64,000 nucleotides of DNA from contig OZ024764.1 of NCBI GenBank assembly GCA_964016885.1, positions 1,550,001 to 1,614,000 of the forward strand. Reading direction: 5' to 3'. Source of the stretch: Eledone cirrhosa. Lineage: Eukaryota. Shown here piece by piece: positions 16,248-29,710 of this stretch (the stretch's first letter is position 1; the number at the start of each line of letters is the position of its first letter). A program made the position numbers and the translations under genes. The notes beneath the pieces are model-generated. The model searched no databases, was not told where the DNA came from, and saw only the letters and a list, made by a program, of their open reading frames with translations.

Positions 16248-17135
16248 TCAACAGAATTGTCTCCCCAACGCCCCGTCGGACAGAAGGGAGAAGGCGTTTC
16301 CCCGGAGGACGGCAAGGAAGACATGCTGGAAGAGCCATTCCAACTCCCGGGGCTCACACCTGCGGCTGGCCAGCTCAGCGCCTATGGTGGTGAGTAGGGA
16401 GGTAGCCCTAGGGCCAAGGACACCAGAAGTCTCCACTGCTACAGGTAGCCAGCTCTGTACCTATGGTGGTAAGTAGGGAGGTAGCCCTAGGGACGATGAC
16501 ACCAGAAGTCTCCACTGCTACAGGTAGCTAGGTCTGTGCCTATGGTGGTAAGTAGGGAGGTAGCCCTAGGGCCAAGGACACCAGAAGTCTCCACTGCTAG
16601 GGGTAGCCAGGTCTGTGCCTATGGTGGTGAGTAGGGAGGTAGCCCTAGGGCCAAGGACACCAGAAGTCTCCACTGCTACAGGTAGCCAGCTCTGTACCTA
16701 TGGTGGTGAGTAGGGAGGTAGCCCTAGGGCCAAGGATACCAGAAGTCTCCACTGCTACAGGTAGCCAGGTCTGTACCTATGGTGGTGAGTAGGGAGGTAG
16801 CCATAGGGCCAAGGACACCAGAAGTCTCCACTGCTACAGCCAGCCAGCTCTGTACCTATGGTGGTAATTAAGGAGGTAGCCCTAGGGCCAAGGACACCAG
16901 AAGTCTCCACTGCTACAGGTAGCCAGCTCTGTACCTATGGTGGTAAGTAGGGAGGTAGCCCTAGGGCCAAGGACACCACAAGTCTCCACTGCTAGGGGTA
17001 GCTAGGTCTGTGCCTATGGTGGTAATTAAGGAGGTAGCCCTAGGGCCAAGGACACCAGAAGTCTCCACTGCCAAGGGTACAACCGCAAACCTGTCGAAGA
17101 GCGACCGGTATTTGAGGAGTTTGGTCTCCTCAGCC
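16248..17135 (-). mobile_element. CRE/RLE-type non-LTR retrotransposon 3' fragment with internal 79-bp tandem amplification (~9 units, 16381-17075)
   Basis: Reverse complement translates to AEETKLLKYRSLFDRFAVVPLAVETSG...WLFQHVFLAVLRGNA, resembling the restriction-like endonuclease C-terminus. Confidence 0.7.
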
Positions 17136-17510
17136 CACACTTATGTACATATATATATGCGCACATACATCATCATCATTATCATCATTTTACATCCGCT
17201 TTTCCCTGCTTGCAAGGGTTGGACGGGCCCTATTCAGCACAGCATGTCTCCACTTGTCACGGTACTTCGTCATCTCCTCCGTGAGCTTCAGCGATCTGAG
17301 GTCTGCTCTCACCACCTCTGCCCATGTTTTTCATGGTCTACATGCACACATACATACATATACTCATATATACACACACAATCAGAGTGGGGAGACCCAA
17401 AAAGACCTGGGATGAGGTGATAAAAGCCAACCGTACCCAATTGCACCTCTCAAGGGCAGTGACACATGACTGTTTCAACACACGATTTCATATCAAAAAC
17501 CTTGCAAAAC

Positions 17511-17553
<43 letters not shown>

Positions 17554-18083
17554 ATACATGTTTAACCCCGATGGCAGAGCTCAAGCCATTTCGACGGCTA
17601 TTTCTGGACTAAATTATAATTTTTAGCGTTGTAATAAATGCATAAGAACCTGGTGACATCTTCAGGTGTAAAATGCGTAATAGATGTATACCAATGGAAT
17701 GATGGTAAACTTTAAGGAAACAAGCAAAGAAAAAACAGAGAGGAAAACGTGTGTTTATGTTTTTGATCCAGAGAAGGGGGTAGTAGCATTGTACCACATT
17801 GCTCACCCACCTTTCAGTGAGGTTATTTTTAACAAATCTTGCTAGTTTGCTAAGTGGGTAACGGATGTATAGCTTACTTGACGATATATATATATATATA
17901 ATAGGAAATACGTTCCTTCACGCACAAGGCGCCAAGGTACGCATGTATTGTCCAACCAAATGCCAGTGTGGTTCAATGGCGGGTTAATAAATTAACGAGC
18001 CAGAACAAATATAAACAAGGTTTAGTAAATAATGAAAAAGTTTCAAAATAAATTTAAAAAAATTGACTTTACCTACTATAGTT

Positions 18084-18167
18084 ACCTTTACCGATCGGTT
18101 TCGAATCCCAAAAATAAAACGGAGACCATACGGCCTTCGTTGCAAAGAAAGATTCTCGTCAGAAGGT
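18084..18167 (-). ncRNA. Type I hammerhead motif
   Basis: Reverse complement: acctt-CTGACGA-gaatct...gggattc-GAAA-ccgatcgg-TA-aaggt. Palindromic stem III. Confidence 0.8.
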
Positions 18168-18742
18168 TCTTTTCATTCAAAGAATATAAAATTCCTGAAT
18201 TTAAATCACAAACTAGCGTTATCAAAACTGTTCCTGGGATGAGAGTGGATGATGTAGAACAGGTTTATCAAGGGCCGTAGCAAAGATAGAGGCAAAAGGA
18301 AGTAGGTCAAACTAGCCACAGCTATTGCTAGCAGCAGTCAGAACGACCAAATTTGTTCTCAACGTTAGTGGAGGTAGTAGTAATAGGAAATACGTTCCTT
18401 CACGCACAAGGCGCCGTATGGTCTCCGTTTTATTTTTGGGATTCGAAACCGATCGGTAAAGGTAACTATAGTAGGTAAAGTCAATTTTTTAAAATTTATT
18501 TTGAAACTTTTTCATTATTTACTAAACCTTGTTTATATATATATATATATAACTTTGATAGGTTTCAGCCAGTATTGGCCCAGGTCATGTCTAACTTAAT
18601 AGCACCGCCTGGTGAAGTCTTTCAAATCAGGATTTGGGCACCATGACCCACTCAAGTAGAGTTTTATTGTTTACGGAGACATATCTGGATGTAGGAGGTT
18701 TATCCAGGATTTCTTGAAGGAATTTGTCCAAAGACTTTATTC

Positions 18743-19106
18743 AATATTATGTGAGGTAAAGCCTTTACTGTGAAAATACAATAGTATATATAGAGTAATG
18801 TAAATGTTATGTGAGATATTATGTGAGGTAAAGCCTTTATTGTGAAAATACAATAGTATATATAGAGTAATGTAAATGTTATGTGAGATATTATGTGAGG
18901 TAAAGACTTTACTGTGAAAATACAATAGTATATATAGAGTAATGTAAATGTTATGTGAGATATTATGTGAGGTAAAGCCTTTATTGTGAAAATACAATAG
19001 TATATATAGAGTAATGTAAATGTTATGTGAGATATTATGTGAGGTAAAGACTTTACTGTGAAAATACAACAGTATATATAGAGTAATGTAAATGTTAAAG
19101 GGTTAA
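18743..19106. repeat. 72-bp array (~5 units) ending in the MITE right TIR (aaagggttaa)
   Basis: Same unit as 10530-13345. Confidence 0.9.
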
Positions 19107-19142
19107 ACAACGATGATGATGATGATGTATATTTTGTTGTAG

Positions 19143-19282
19143 GACCCTGGGTCAAGATTATGGCTGGACAAAGACGGGAAACACAGTAATGAGATCAAAC
19201 CAGACCAGTTCCTGAAGGTTCTCGCACATTGGTCCAAAAGACGGAATCTTCCAGATCATGACCATGCTATGTTCCTCACAAA
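19143..19282 (+). CDS. M12B protease exon (DPGSRLWLDK...LPDHDHAMFLTK)
   Basis: ttgtag acceptor, gtacga donor, phase 0 to 2. HDHAMFLT matches the conserved reprolysin D.A.L.T strand. Confidence 0.92.
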
Positions 19283-19917
19283 GTACGACTGATTTATCTG
19301 CCCTTGATTATTGATGTTAATGTTGTTGGTGGTGTTAGTGATGGTGTAGTTGTTAGTGGTGGTGGTGGTGGTGTAGTTGTTGTTAGTGGTGGTGGTGGTG
19401 TTGTTGTTGTTAGTGGTGGTGGTGGTGGTGGTGGTGTTGTTGTTAGTGGTGGTGGTGGTGGTGGTGTTGTTGTTAGTGGTGGTGGTGGTGGTGGTGTAGT
19501 TGTTAGTGGTGGTGGTGGTGATGGTGTTGTTGATTGTGATATATTGTTGGTGTAGGTGGTGGAGCTGTTGTTGGTGGTGGTGGTGTTGTTGTTAGTGGTG
19601 GTGGTGGTGGTGGTGGTGTTGTTAGTGGTGGTGGTGGTGGTGGTGTTGTTGATTGTGATATATTGTTGGTGGTGTTGTTGTTGGTGTTGGTGTTGGTGTA
19701 GTTGTTAGTGGTGGTGGTGTTGTTGTTAGTGGTGGTGGTGGTGTTGTTGTTGTTGTTGGTGGTGGTGGTGTTGTTAGTGGTGGTGGTGGTGGTGTTGGTG
19801 TTGGTGTAGTTGTTAGTGGTGGTGGTGGTGGTGGTGGTGTTGTTGATTGTGATATATTGTTGGTGTAGATGGTGGAGCTGTTGTTGGTGGTGTTGGTGTT
19901 GGTTGTGTTGTCTTTGT

Positions 19918-19967
<50 letters not shown>

Positions 19968-19992
19968 TGTAATAAACAACATAAGGCAATTA

Positions 19993-20065
19993 TTCCATTT
20001 ACCAAAGGTTTCATGAAGACAGATGAGCTCAACACAGATGTCTGAAATCGCTCATCAGAATAAAA
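19993..20065 (-). ncRNA. Type I hammerhead motif (weak stem II)
   Basis: Reverse complement: ttttatt-CTGATGA-...-GAAA-cctttgg-TA-aatggaa. Confidence 0.55.
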
Positions 20066-20729
20066 ATTTAATATGGACGTAAGATATGAATTTAAAAACA
20101 AAGGCTAATACAATTGAAAGCGAGGCTGATATATATAAATGGAATAATTGTCTTATGTTGTTTATTACATAATGAAATAGCTCTGTAGCATACATAGAGC
20201 ACTCTCCGTTCCTTTACCCTTCCTACAGAAATACTTAATATATCAACATCATCATAATCATCAACATTATTTTAAGTTCGCTTTTCCCTGCTTGCAAGGG
20301 TGGGACGGGAACTGATTCTGGCTTGATTTCTACAGCTGGATGCCCTTCCTAACACCAACCTCATTTACAGTGAGGGCTGGGTGCTTTTTTGCCGTGGCAC
20401 CTCCACGACCACTTTGCAGTGGAATGATAGGGACCCCAGTCCCTATCATCTCATTTCTACAGCTGAGTAAACTGAGCCAATCCCACTCTCTGAGAGACAG
20501 TAGCTGTAACCCGAAAAGAAGAAAAGATCAACATCATCTGTAACTACTGAGCCGCAAGTTTTATATCAGAGTTATCCCAGTTTCCTGAGTTGCCAGTGGT
20601 TTAATCACGCGGTACATGTCTATATACATATTTACACACTTTTGCATGGCCGTTGACTCTTATGAGTTCTTCCGGCCTTTGTGTCACAGGTGTAACACAA
20701 TATATATATATATATATATATATATACAT

Positions 20730-20950
20730 GAAGGCGTGTGGCTGAGCGGTTAGAGAATTGGATTCGCAATCGTAAGGTTGTGAGTTCGATTCATGGACCA
20801 GGCGATGTGTTATGTCCTTGAGCAAGACACTTTATTTCACGTTGCTCCTTCTACCTGGAGTTGCGACCGATAGATAGTATTAGCAATTGGAAAGACCGAC
20901 GGAAACATTGTTCCCTCGGTCCGATTTGACGAAAGTCGATCGTTCCTTTC
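20730..20950 (+). mobile_element. tRNA-derived SINE family C (inverted copy ~33925-34143)
   Basis: tRNA-like head ggcgtgtggctgagcggttagag...gagttcgattc and CORE-like gtccttgagcaagacact, with a different tail from family A. Confidence 0.75.
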
Positions 20951-20951
20951 A

Positions 20952-21011
<60 letters not shown>

Positions 21012-21069
21012 TTAAAAAATAATGAATAAAACAATGAAACAGTTCCTTATATTAAACAAAAAAAGTTCA

Positions 21070-21214
21070 TTATTTAACGATCGTTTCTAGGACATATATG
21101 TGTTAGAATTGGTATGCATATTCAACAGATCTATGTACAACATTATACAAAATTATACAAATTATCAAATATAATATACATACCAACACATACATATGCC
21201 GTCTTCAGAAATAA
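21070..21214 (-). ncRNA. Type I hammerhead motif with long stem II
   Basis: Reverse complement: ttattt-CTGAAGA-cggcatatgtatgtgttgg...ctaacacatatatgtccta-GAAA-cgatcg-TT-aaataa. Confidence 0.7.
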
Positions 21215-21350
21215 CTTATCTTGACTCTGTATTCCGTTTATCTTTCACCGAAAGTGATTTTTGAATGCATCTCTTCTTTCCATGATATCCGGATTACATT
21301 GAGTTCTTCATACGGATTGGACACTACCGTAAACTCTTGGTAGATTTATC

Positions 21351-21587
<237 letters not shown>

Positions 21588-21805
21588 GTAATCTGAGTTT
21601 TTCGAATATTAATAATAACATTCGAATCATTTGCAATTATGCAAACAAGCCTCATTTTTAAAGCCATGTGAGTAGAATGAACCCTTCATTCTTGCTCTTG
21701 TGTTGGCATGTGATCAGAACTGCAGACTTTAATGTTTCTGGGTATCACCCTTCATCAGTACAGCTCACTGTTCACCGGCAACGACGACGACGATGGTGAT
21801 GATGA

Positions 21806-21851
<46 letters not shown>

Positions 21852-22027
21852 TGTAAACGTGGTTGGTGTTAGGAAGGGCATCCAGCTGTAAAATACCCGC
21901 CAGACAGTCCTATACGAGCAGGACAACCAATCTTGCCTCAAGTGGGACAACTCCCGTCCAAACCCATGCAAGCGTGGAAGATGGACTTTAAATGATGATG
22001 ATGATGATGATACACACATACAGACAC

Positions 22028-22095
<68 letters not shown>

Positions 22096-22128
22096 CCTGT
22101 AAAATGTTTTTATTTTCGTTGTTAATAG

Positions 22129-22166
22129 GTTTGAAGTTTTTGAAAATGGGAAGAGAAGTCAGAGAG
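22129..22166 (+). CDS. M12B protease 38-nt micro-exon (FEVFENGKRSQRG)
   Basis: taatag acceptor, gtaagt donor. Its phase 2 to 1 is exactly what is needed to join the flanking exons. Confidence 0.8.
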
Positions 22167-22227
22167 GTAAGTGGTTGGGAGTGGGTGTGGGGTTTGTTTT
22201 TAGGGGTCGGTGGGAAGGTGTATTGGG

Positions 22228-23150
22228 TGACAGAGAGAGAGAGACTGACAATTAGACAGAGAGACAGACAGACAGGCAGACAGACAGACTAATAGAGAGA
22301 GACAGACAGACAGAGAGAGACAGACAGACAAACGGTCTGACAGACATAGATAGACAGACACATATATATATAGAGAGAGAGAGACATAGACTGACAGACA
22401 GACACAGAGACAGAGAGGCAGACAGACAGACAGACAGATAGATAGACAGACAGAGAGGGAGACAGACAGACACAGAGACAGAGAGGCAGAGAGACAGACA
22501 GAGAGAGGCAGACAGACAGAGAGACAGAGATAGAGACAGACAGACAGAGAGAGAGAGAGATAGACAGACAGACAGAGAGGGAGACAGAGAGAGAGAGATA
22601 GACAGAGAGACAGAGAGGGAGACAGACAGACAGAGAGACAGAGAGAGAGATAGACAGAGAGACAGACAGACAGAGAGGGAGACAGACAGACAGAGAGACA
22701 GAGAGAGAGAGAGATAGACAGAGAGACAGACAGACAGAGAGGGAGACAGACAGACAGAGACAGAGAGAGAGAGATAGACAGAGAGACAGACAGAGAGGGA
22801 GACAGACAGACAGAGAGAGAGAGATAGACAGAGAGACAGACAGACAGAGAGACAGAGAGAGAGAGATAGACAGAGAGACAGACAGACAGAGAGGGAGACA
22901 GACAGACAGAGAGGGAGACAGACAGACAGAGAGACAGAGAGACAGAGAGAGAGACAGACAGAGAGAGAGACAGACAGACAGAGAGACAGACAGACAGACA
23001 GACAGAGAGACAGACAGACAGACAGAGAGACAGACAGACAGAGAGACAGGCAGACAGACAGAGAGACAGTGAGACAGACAGAGAGACGGAGAGAGAGACA
23101 GACAGGCAGACAGAGAGAGAGACAGAGAGAGACAGACAGACAAACAGATA

Positions 23151-23189
<39 letters not shown>

Positions 23190-23207
23190 ACACATACACA
23201 CACACAC

Positions 23208-23265
<58 letters not shown>

Positions 23266-23280
23266 ACACACACACACACT
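22228..23280. repeat. (GACA)/(GA)n then (CA)n microsatellite
   Basis: Direct inspection. Confidence 0.95.
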
Positions 23281-23327
23281 ACAATAATTTCACAGAGGTT
23301 CACCATTTTCTTTCCAATATTTCTCAG

Positions 23328-23433
23328 GTTTTTCTCCCCAGTCAAAGATTTGTTCCAATGAAAGTGTTTCCATAATTCAGGAGAGGCTGGACTTCAACAC
23401 TATCACCGTGGCAACACACGAGCTAGCTCACAG
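23328..23433 (+). CDS. M12B protease exon (GFSPQSKICSNESVSIIQERLDFNTITVATHELAHS)
   Basis: tctcag acceptor, gtaaac donor, phase 1 to 2. Encodes HExxH. Confidence 0.95.
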
Positions 23434-23504
23434 GTAAACATTTACACCTGTTGCTCTTTATTACTAATTGCGTTCGTTGACATTTTTCTCACCTGCAATA
23501 AAAT

Positions 23505-24097
23505 ATAATTGTTTCTAATTTTGGCACAAGGCCAGCAATTAATTACCCCAAGTGTATTACTGGTACTTTATTTTATCACAACCCGTAATAAATGTTTCTA
23601 ATTTTGGCACAAGGCCAGCAAGTATTCCAGTGTATTACTGGTACTTTATTTTAACACAACCCTGTAATAATTGTTTCTAATTTTGCCACAAGGCCAGCAA
23701 TTACACCAGTGTATTACTGGTACTTTATTTTTATCAACGCCGTAATAATTGTTTCTAATTTTGCCACAAGGCCAGCAATTACCCCAGTGTATTACTGGTA
23801 CTTTATTTTTATCAACGCCGTAATAATTGTTTCTAATTTTGGCACAAGGCCAGCAATTATCCCAGTGTATTACTGGTACTTTATTTTATCACAACCCTGT
23901 AATAATTGTTTCTAATTTTGCCACAAGGCCAGCAATTATGCCAGTGTATTACTGGTACTTTATTTTATCAATCCCTTAATAATTGTTTCTAATTTTGGCA
24001 CAAGGCCAGCAATTACTCCAGTGTATTACTGGTACTTTATTTTATCGACCCCCGTAAGGATGAAAGGCAAAGTTAACCTCGGCGGGATTTGAACTCC
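23505..24097 (-). repeat. Tandem amplification of SINE family B 3' tail
   Basis: Repeated aattgtttctaattttggcacaaggccagcaatt...gtgtattactggtactttattttatc. Confidence 0.85.
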
Positions 24098-24917
24098 TGC
24101 AATAAAATATAATGGTTTCTTATACAGCAATTTGGTGGGTGGGGAAAATTGATTAAATGAACCCCAGAGTATTACTGGTATTTTATTTTATCGACCCTGT
24201 AAGGATGAAAGGCAAAGTTAAGCGGGATTTGAAATTAGAACATAAGGGCCGTGCTAAGCATGGCCAACACTCTCTATACACACATACACACCCACCTATA
24301 TATATATATGTATATACACAGACACATATACATATACATATACACACACACATATATTCATATATATATATGTATATATGTATGTGTATATATATGTATA
24401 TATATATCATCATCATCATCATCATTTAATTTTACGTCCGCTTTTTCCCTGCTTGCAAGGGTGAGACGGGAACTGATTTTGGCTTGATTTCTACAGCTGG
24501 ATGCCCTTCCTAACACCAACCTCATTTACAGTGAGTGCTGGGTGCTTTTTTGCCGTGGCACCTCCACGGCCACTTTGCAGTGGAATGATAGGGACCCCAG
24601 TCCCTATCATCTCATTTCTACAGCTGAGTAAACTGGAGCAATGTGAAATAAAGTGTCTTGCTCAAGGAAACAACACATCACCCGATCTGAGGATTGAACT
24701 CACAACCTTTTGATTGCAAGGCCAATGCTCTAACTTTGATATATATATATATATATATATATATAATAATATATATAGTAATAAACATAGTAAATTGTGT
24801 GTTTAAAATTACGAGGGTTAAGATACGACGTTGGTTTGACAGATTTAACCTGAAGCAAACGGAAAATACAAGATAAAATACAAGTAAAATGTACTGACTG
24901 TTTCAATAACTATTTCA

Positions 24918-25003
24918 TCTCCCGGACAGATTAGAGATTTAATCTGTTTCGCCCAGAGAATTGTGTTTGTAACAGATAATCCGTAGGCGTCATCAGCGAG
25001 AGA
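24918..25003 (-). ncRNA. Type I hammerhead motif with full, stable stem III
   Basis: Reverse complement: tctctcg-CTGATGA-cgcc...ggc-GAAA-cagatta(aatctc)taatctg-TC-cgggaga. GUC cleavage triplet. Confidence 0.85.
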
Positions 25004-25469
25004 TAAGATCAAATGTGACAAACACCTAAAACTAAAAGCTACAGGAATTAATATTTCACCTCGTGCGTGAGAAGTCCAAAGTGGCGTGAGTGGATCGGCT
25101 AGAAACAATAGCCTAAATACACCCAACTTATAAGCTCACCAAGTTAGGGAGCTGAAATTCAAATAAGTGGCAGAGTTAATAACATCATCATCATCATCAA
25201 CGTTTAACGTCTATCTTCTATCTTCCACGCTAGCATGGGTTTAGACGGGAATAGTCCTACTTGAGGCAAGATTGGTCGGGTGACCATGTTTCACTCGTAT
25301 AGGGCTGTCTGGCAGGTTTTCTACGGCTGGATGCCCTTCCTAACACCAACCATATTTACAGTGTGGGACTGGGAGGTTTTTACCGTGTTACCTACATGGC
25401 CACATTACAGCGTGGACTGTGAGTTTTTTTGTCGTGACACCTACACGACCTCATTTATATATATATAAT

Positions 25470-25808
25470 GGAGGCACATGGCTTAGTGGTTAGAGCATTG
25501 GCCTTGCAATTGAAAGGTTGTGAGATCAATTCTCAGACTGGGTGATGTGTTGTTTCCTTGAGCAAGACACTTTATTTCACATTGCTCCAGTTTACTCAGC
25601 TGTAGAAATGAGATGATAGGGACTGGGGTCCATATCATTCCACTGTAAAGTGGTCGTGGAGGTGCCACGGCAAAAAAGCACCCAGCACTCACTGTAAATG
25701 AGGTTGGTGTTAGGAAGGGCATCCAGCTGTAGAAATCAAGCCAGAATCAGTTCCTGTCCCACCCTTGCAAGCAGGGAAAAGCGGACGTAAAATGAAATGA
25801 TGATGATG
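25470..25808 (+). mobile_element. tRNA-derived SINE family A, full length
   Basis: A box (tggcttagtggttagagc), B-box-like region, CORE-like tccttgagcaagacact, RTE-like tail ending gcggacgtaaaatgaaatgatgatg. Confidence 0.85.
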
Positions 25809-26116
25809 ATATATATATATCCACGAAAGTATGTCCATAGAATCATCTGATAAAATATATACAGTATTTCCTCTCCCAATCAGCATAATCAACCACACAA
25901 AAAAATCAATTAAACAAGGCTATAAGACTAAAAGGCACCTATGAAGAAACAATAGATAAATAAACGATAGCTATCTACCCGCGATCAACAGCCACAGAAT
26001 ATTTACCCACCATTTCTAATAGCACGTGGAAATCGATTAAATATATCGTCAACCATACACAATTAGGTACAAAATCAAAGTTAGAAGAAAAAATGTATAT
26101 AAGCATACCAAAATCA

Positions 26117-26201
26117 TGTCTCTACCCCATGAGGTTTCATTCGCTTTTTGGAAATATCCGATCAAGGATAAATTCACGAGTTTCGAAATCATCAGGAAAC
26201 A
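26117..26201 (-). ncRNA. Type I hammerhead motif
   Basis: Reverse complement: tgtttc-CTGATGA-tttcg...cgaat-GAAA-cctcatgggg-TA-gagaca. Confidence 0.75.
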
Positions 26202-26460
26202 AACTCCATTGGACAAAGATTTTTCTTAAATGATCCCCGACAGAAACGAATTCAAAATGGCTAAGAACTGTGACGTGGCTAGTGGTCAAGTCAGAAAGCT
26301 TGTGATTGGTGCCTTACGGCGAGTGGGCTGGCTGCTAGAAAGTGCAGCCTAATACATATATATATGTATGGCTTTGTCTAGTTTATGTATATATATATAT
26401 ATATATACTGATAAAAATAGCTAATGTAATTTCTTCTTCCTTTTACGTATTCCACACTAG

Positions 26461-26625
26461 TCTTGGAGCTCGCCATGATGGAGATTCCAACCCATGCCGT
26501 CCAGAAGACCATTACATCATGTCACCAAACAGTGTGACACTGTCGGATGATCCCACACTCAACGTGTGGAACTTCTCGTCCTGCTCCAGTAACTCTGTCG
26601 GAAAAAATCTGAAGCGACTGAATGA
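26461..26625 (+). CDS. M12B protease exon (LGARHDGDSNPCRPEDHYIMSP...WNFSSCS)
   Basis: cactag acceptor, gtaagt donor, phase 2 to 2. Completes HELAHSLGARHD and carries the Met-turn (YIMSP) and FSSCS. Confidence 0.95.
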
Positions 26626-26654
26626 GTAAGTACCTGTTACACCACACCTTGTTA

Positions 26655-27070
26655 GAGTTACACTAGACCACCTGTGTTACACCCATGTTACACTAGACCA
26701 CCTGTGTTACACCCATGTTACACTAGATCACTTGTGTTACACCCATGTTACACTAGACCACCTGTGTTACACCCATGTTACACTAGACCACCTGTGTTAC
26801 ACTAGATCACTTGTGTTCCACCCATGTTACACTAGACCACCTGTGTCACACCCATGTTACACTAGTCCACCTGTGTTACACCCATGTTGCACTAGATACT
26901 TAGTGTTACACCCATGTTACACTAGACCACCTGTGTTACATCCATCTTACACTAGATCACCTGTGTTACACCCATGTTACACTAGATACCCAGTGTTACA
27001 CTAGATCACCTGTGTCACACCCATGTTACACTCTACACCTGTGTTACACCCATGTTACAATAGATCACCA
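26655..27070. repeat. 30-bp minisatellite
   Basis: Unit acacccatgttacactagaccacctgtgtt, beginning just after the exon 26461-26625 donor. Confidence 0.9.
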
Positions 27071-27960
27071 GTGACCTGTTGGGTCACATTCACTTTAAAA
27101 TTATTAAAATATACACAGACATGTATATAATTTGAAATGAAACTGGAGGGCCCAACATCATCATCATCATCATCATCATCGTTTAATGTCTATCTTCCAC
27201 GCTAGCATGGGTTAGACGGGAATTGTCCCACTTGAGGCAAGATTGGTTGGGTGACTGTGTCTTGTTTTTACAGAACTGTCTCTGGCAGGTTTTCTATGGC
27301 TGGATGCCCTTCCTAACACCAACCACATTTACAGTGTGGACTGGGAGCCTTTTTACTGTGTCTCCTACATGACCACTTTACAGTGTGGACTGGGAGCCTT
27401 TTTGTTGTGACATGACCTCTTTACAGTGGACAGAAATGGATGGAGTATGGTGTGTGGGGTGTCTCTGTCTAGGGCGGGTAAAATTCCCGAGATCCATGGA
27501 TGAGTTCTCTCCAGCGGTCTTTGTCCTTCATTATCGCTGCCATGTCCTGTGTCTCCAAGAGACCAGTGTCTGTCCTTAGGGCATCAACATATGTCAACCT
27601 CGGTCATCCTCTTCCAGTGTGTTCATGCAGGGGCCCCACACAGGAGCTGTGGATCTGCTAATATGCAAATCAGGCAGATCAGTCACTGTATATTTTTGAA
27701 AATATCATATATTTCCACTAGCTCTGACAGTTTGGCAGGTGAAAAGTGAGCTGTACTGATGAAGGGTGATACCCAGAAACATTAGTGTCTGCAGTTCTGT
27801 TCACATGCCAACACAAGAGCAAGAATGAAGGGTTCATTCTACTGACATGGCTATAAAATTGAGGCTTGTTTGCATAATTGCAAACGAATCGAATGTTATT
27901 ATTAATATTCGAAAAACTCAGATTACATTTATATTTTTTTTTAGATATATATATATACAC

Positions 27961-27995
<35 letters not shown>

Positions 27996-28843
27996 CATAT
28001 ATATCTATATATATATCTATATATATAATATATATATATATCTATAGAGAGAGAGAGAGAGAGTGCGAGAGAGAGATGGGCGCCAGATAAATGAGAGAGC
28101 TATATATTAAATCCTTCGTCTTCTATGACTAATACTACTACTACTACCACCACTACTGCTACTACTACCACTACTACTGCTTACTGCTGTTACCACCACC
28201 ACCACTACTACTACTACTACCACCACTACTGCTACTACTACCACTACTACTGCTGTTACCACCACCACCACTACTGCTACTACTACCACTACTACTGCTG
28301 TTACCACCACCACCACTACTGCTACTACTACCACTACTACTGCTGTTACCACCACCACCACTACTACTACTACCACCACTACTGCTACTACTACCACTAC
28401 TACTGCTGTTACCACCACCACTACTACTACTACTACCACCACTACTGCTACTACTACTGCTGTTACCACCACCACCACTACTACTACTACCACCACTACT
28501 GCTACTACTACCACTACTACGGCTGTTACCACCACCACTACTACTACTACCACCACCACTACTGCTACTACTACCACTACTACTGTTGTTACTACTACCA
28601 CCACTACTGCTACTACTACCACTACTACTGCTGTTACCACCACCACTACTACTACTACTACCACCACTACTGCTACTACCACCACTACTACTGCTGTTAC
28701 CACCACCACCACTACTACTACTACCACCACTACTGCTACTACTACCACTACTACTGCTGTTACCACCACCACCACTACTACTACTACTACTACCACTACT
28801 ACTGCTGTTACCACCACCACCACTACTACTACTACTATTACAG

Positions 28844-28973
28844 GGAGAACTCCAATTGCCTGAAGAACACACCGTCCATCCGTCGTTCAAAACCTTACCG
28901 TGAGATTGGTCAAATGTTTGACGCTGACATTCAGTGTCAACACAGCTTTGGAGAGATGTCCCATGCTTGCAGG
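28844..28973 (+). CDS. Protease exon: end of catalytic domain and start of ADAM cysteine-rich/disintegrin-like domain (NCLKN...GQMFDADIQCQHSFGEMSHACR)
   Basis: ttacag acceptor, gtaagt donor, phase 2 to 0. ADAMTS-type G..Y/F.AD.QC...FG motif. Confidence 0.92.
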
Positions 28974-28988
28974 GTAAGTTAATATATA

Positions 28989-29021
<33 letters not shown>

Positions 29022-29628
29022 GTCAGGTCACCAGTTGATGCTACTGGTAACATGTATCCCAGTACAACCTGTCTCATGGTCGGGTCGCTGGCGACTAAAC
29101 TGGCAACCCCACCAAGGTTTCTTGGCAAGGAGGGTGACTTTGGACATCCTGCAGGACTAAAAACAAAACCTGTCAAAGGGCGAAGGAGCTCTTAAGAGTC
29201 AATGGCCATCCAAAATCACCGGGAGAGATGACCCCTTAGCCTTTGTCAAGGCAGAATTCTAGGAGAAGGCAAACTCTGATATAACACCTGTAACCCTGAT
29301 GGTATCCAATGATGTTGTCTTGTTCTTCTTTTTGGTAAATATCATCTTGGTTAAGAGAGTGGGACTGGCTTTGTGCAGTGCCTTTGTTCACTATAAAAGC
29401 TTCACGGCACAGGCATTGCTTTATATCTGGAGATCTCTCTGCACTTGTCGTCACATGGTACCATGGGCCCAGCACTATGTGTCAATAATTGTCACAAGTG
29501 TAGTGTTTGTACCAGAGTTTTCAAGTCGCTGGCTGGACTAAAAAGTCACACTCGTTCAGCGCATCGGTGGGGGTTCTCCTACATGGATATAAAGTAGTGG
29601 CCGTACTCGAAAACGAGTTGGCAGCCAC

Positions 29629-29710
<82 letters not shown>

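Noticed and set aside
25470-25545. tRNA-like sequences at SINE heads
   Set aside because: They continue into SINE core and tail and lack a proper acceptor stem, so they are not tRNA genes.
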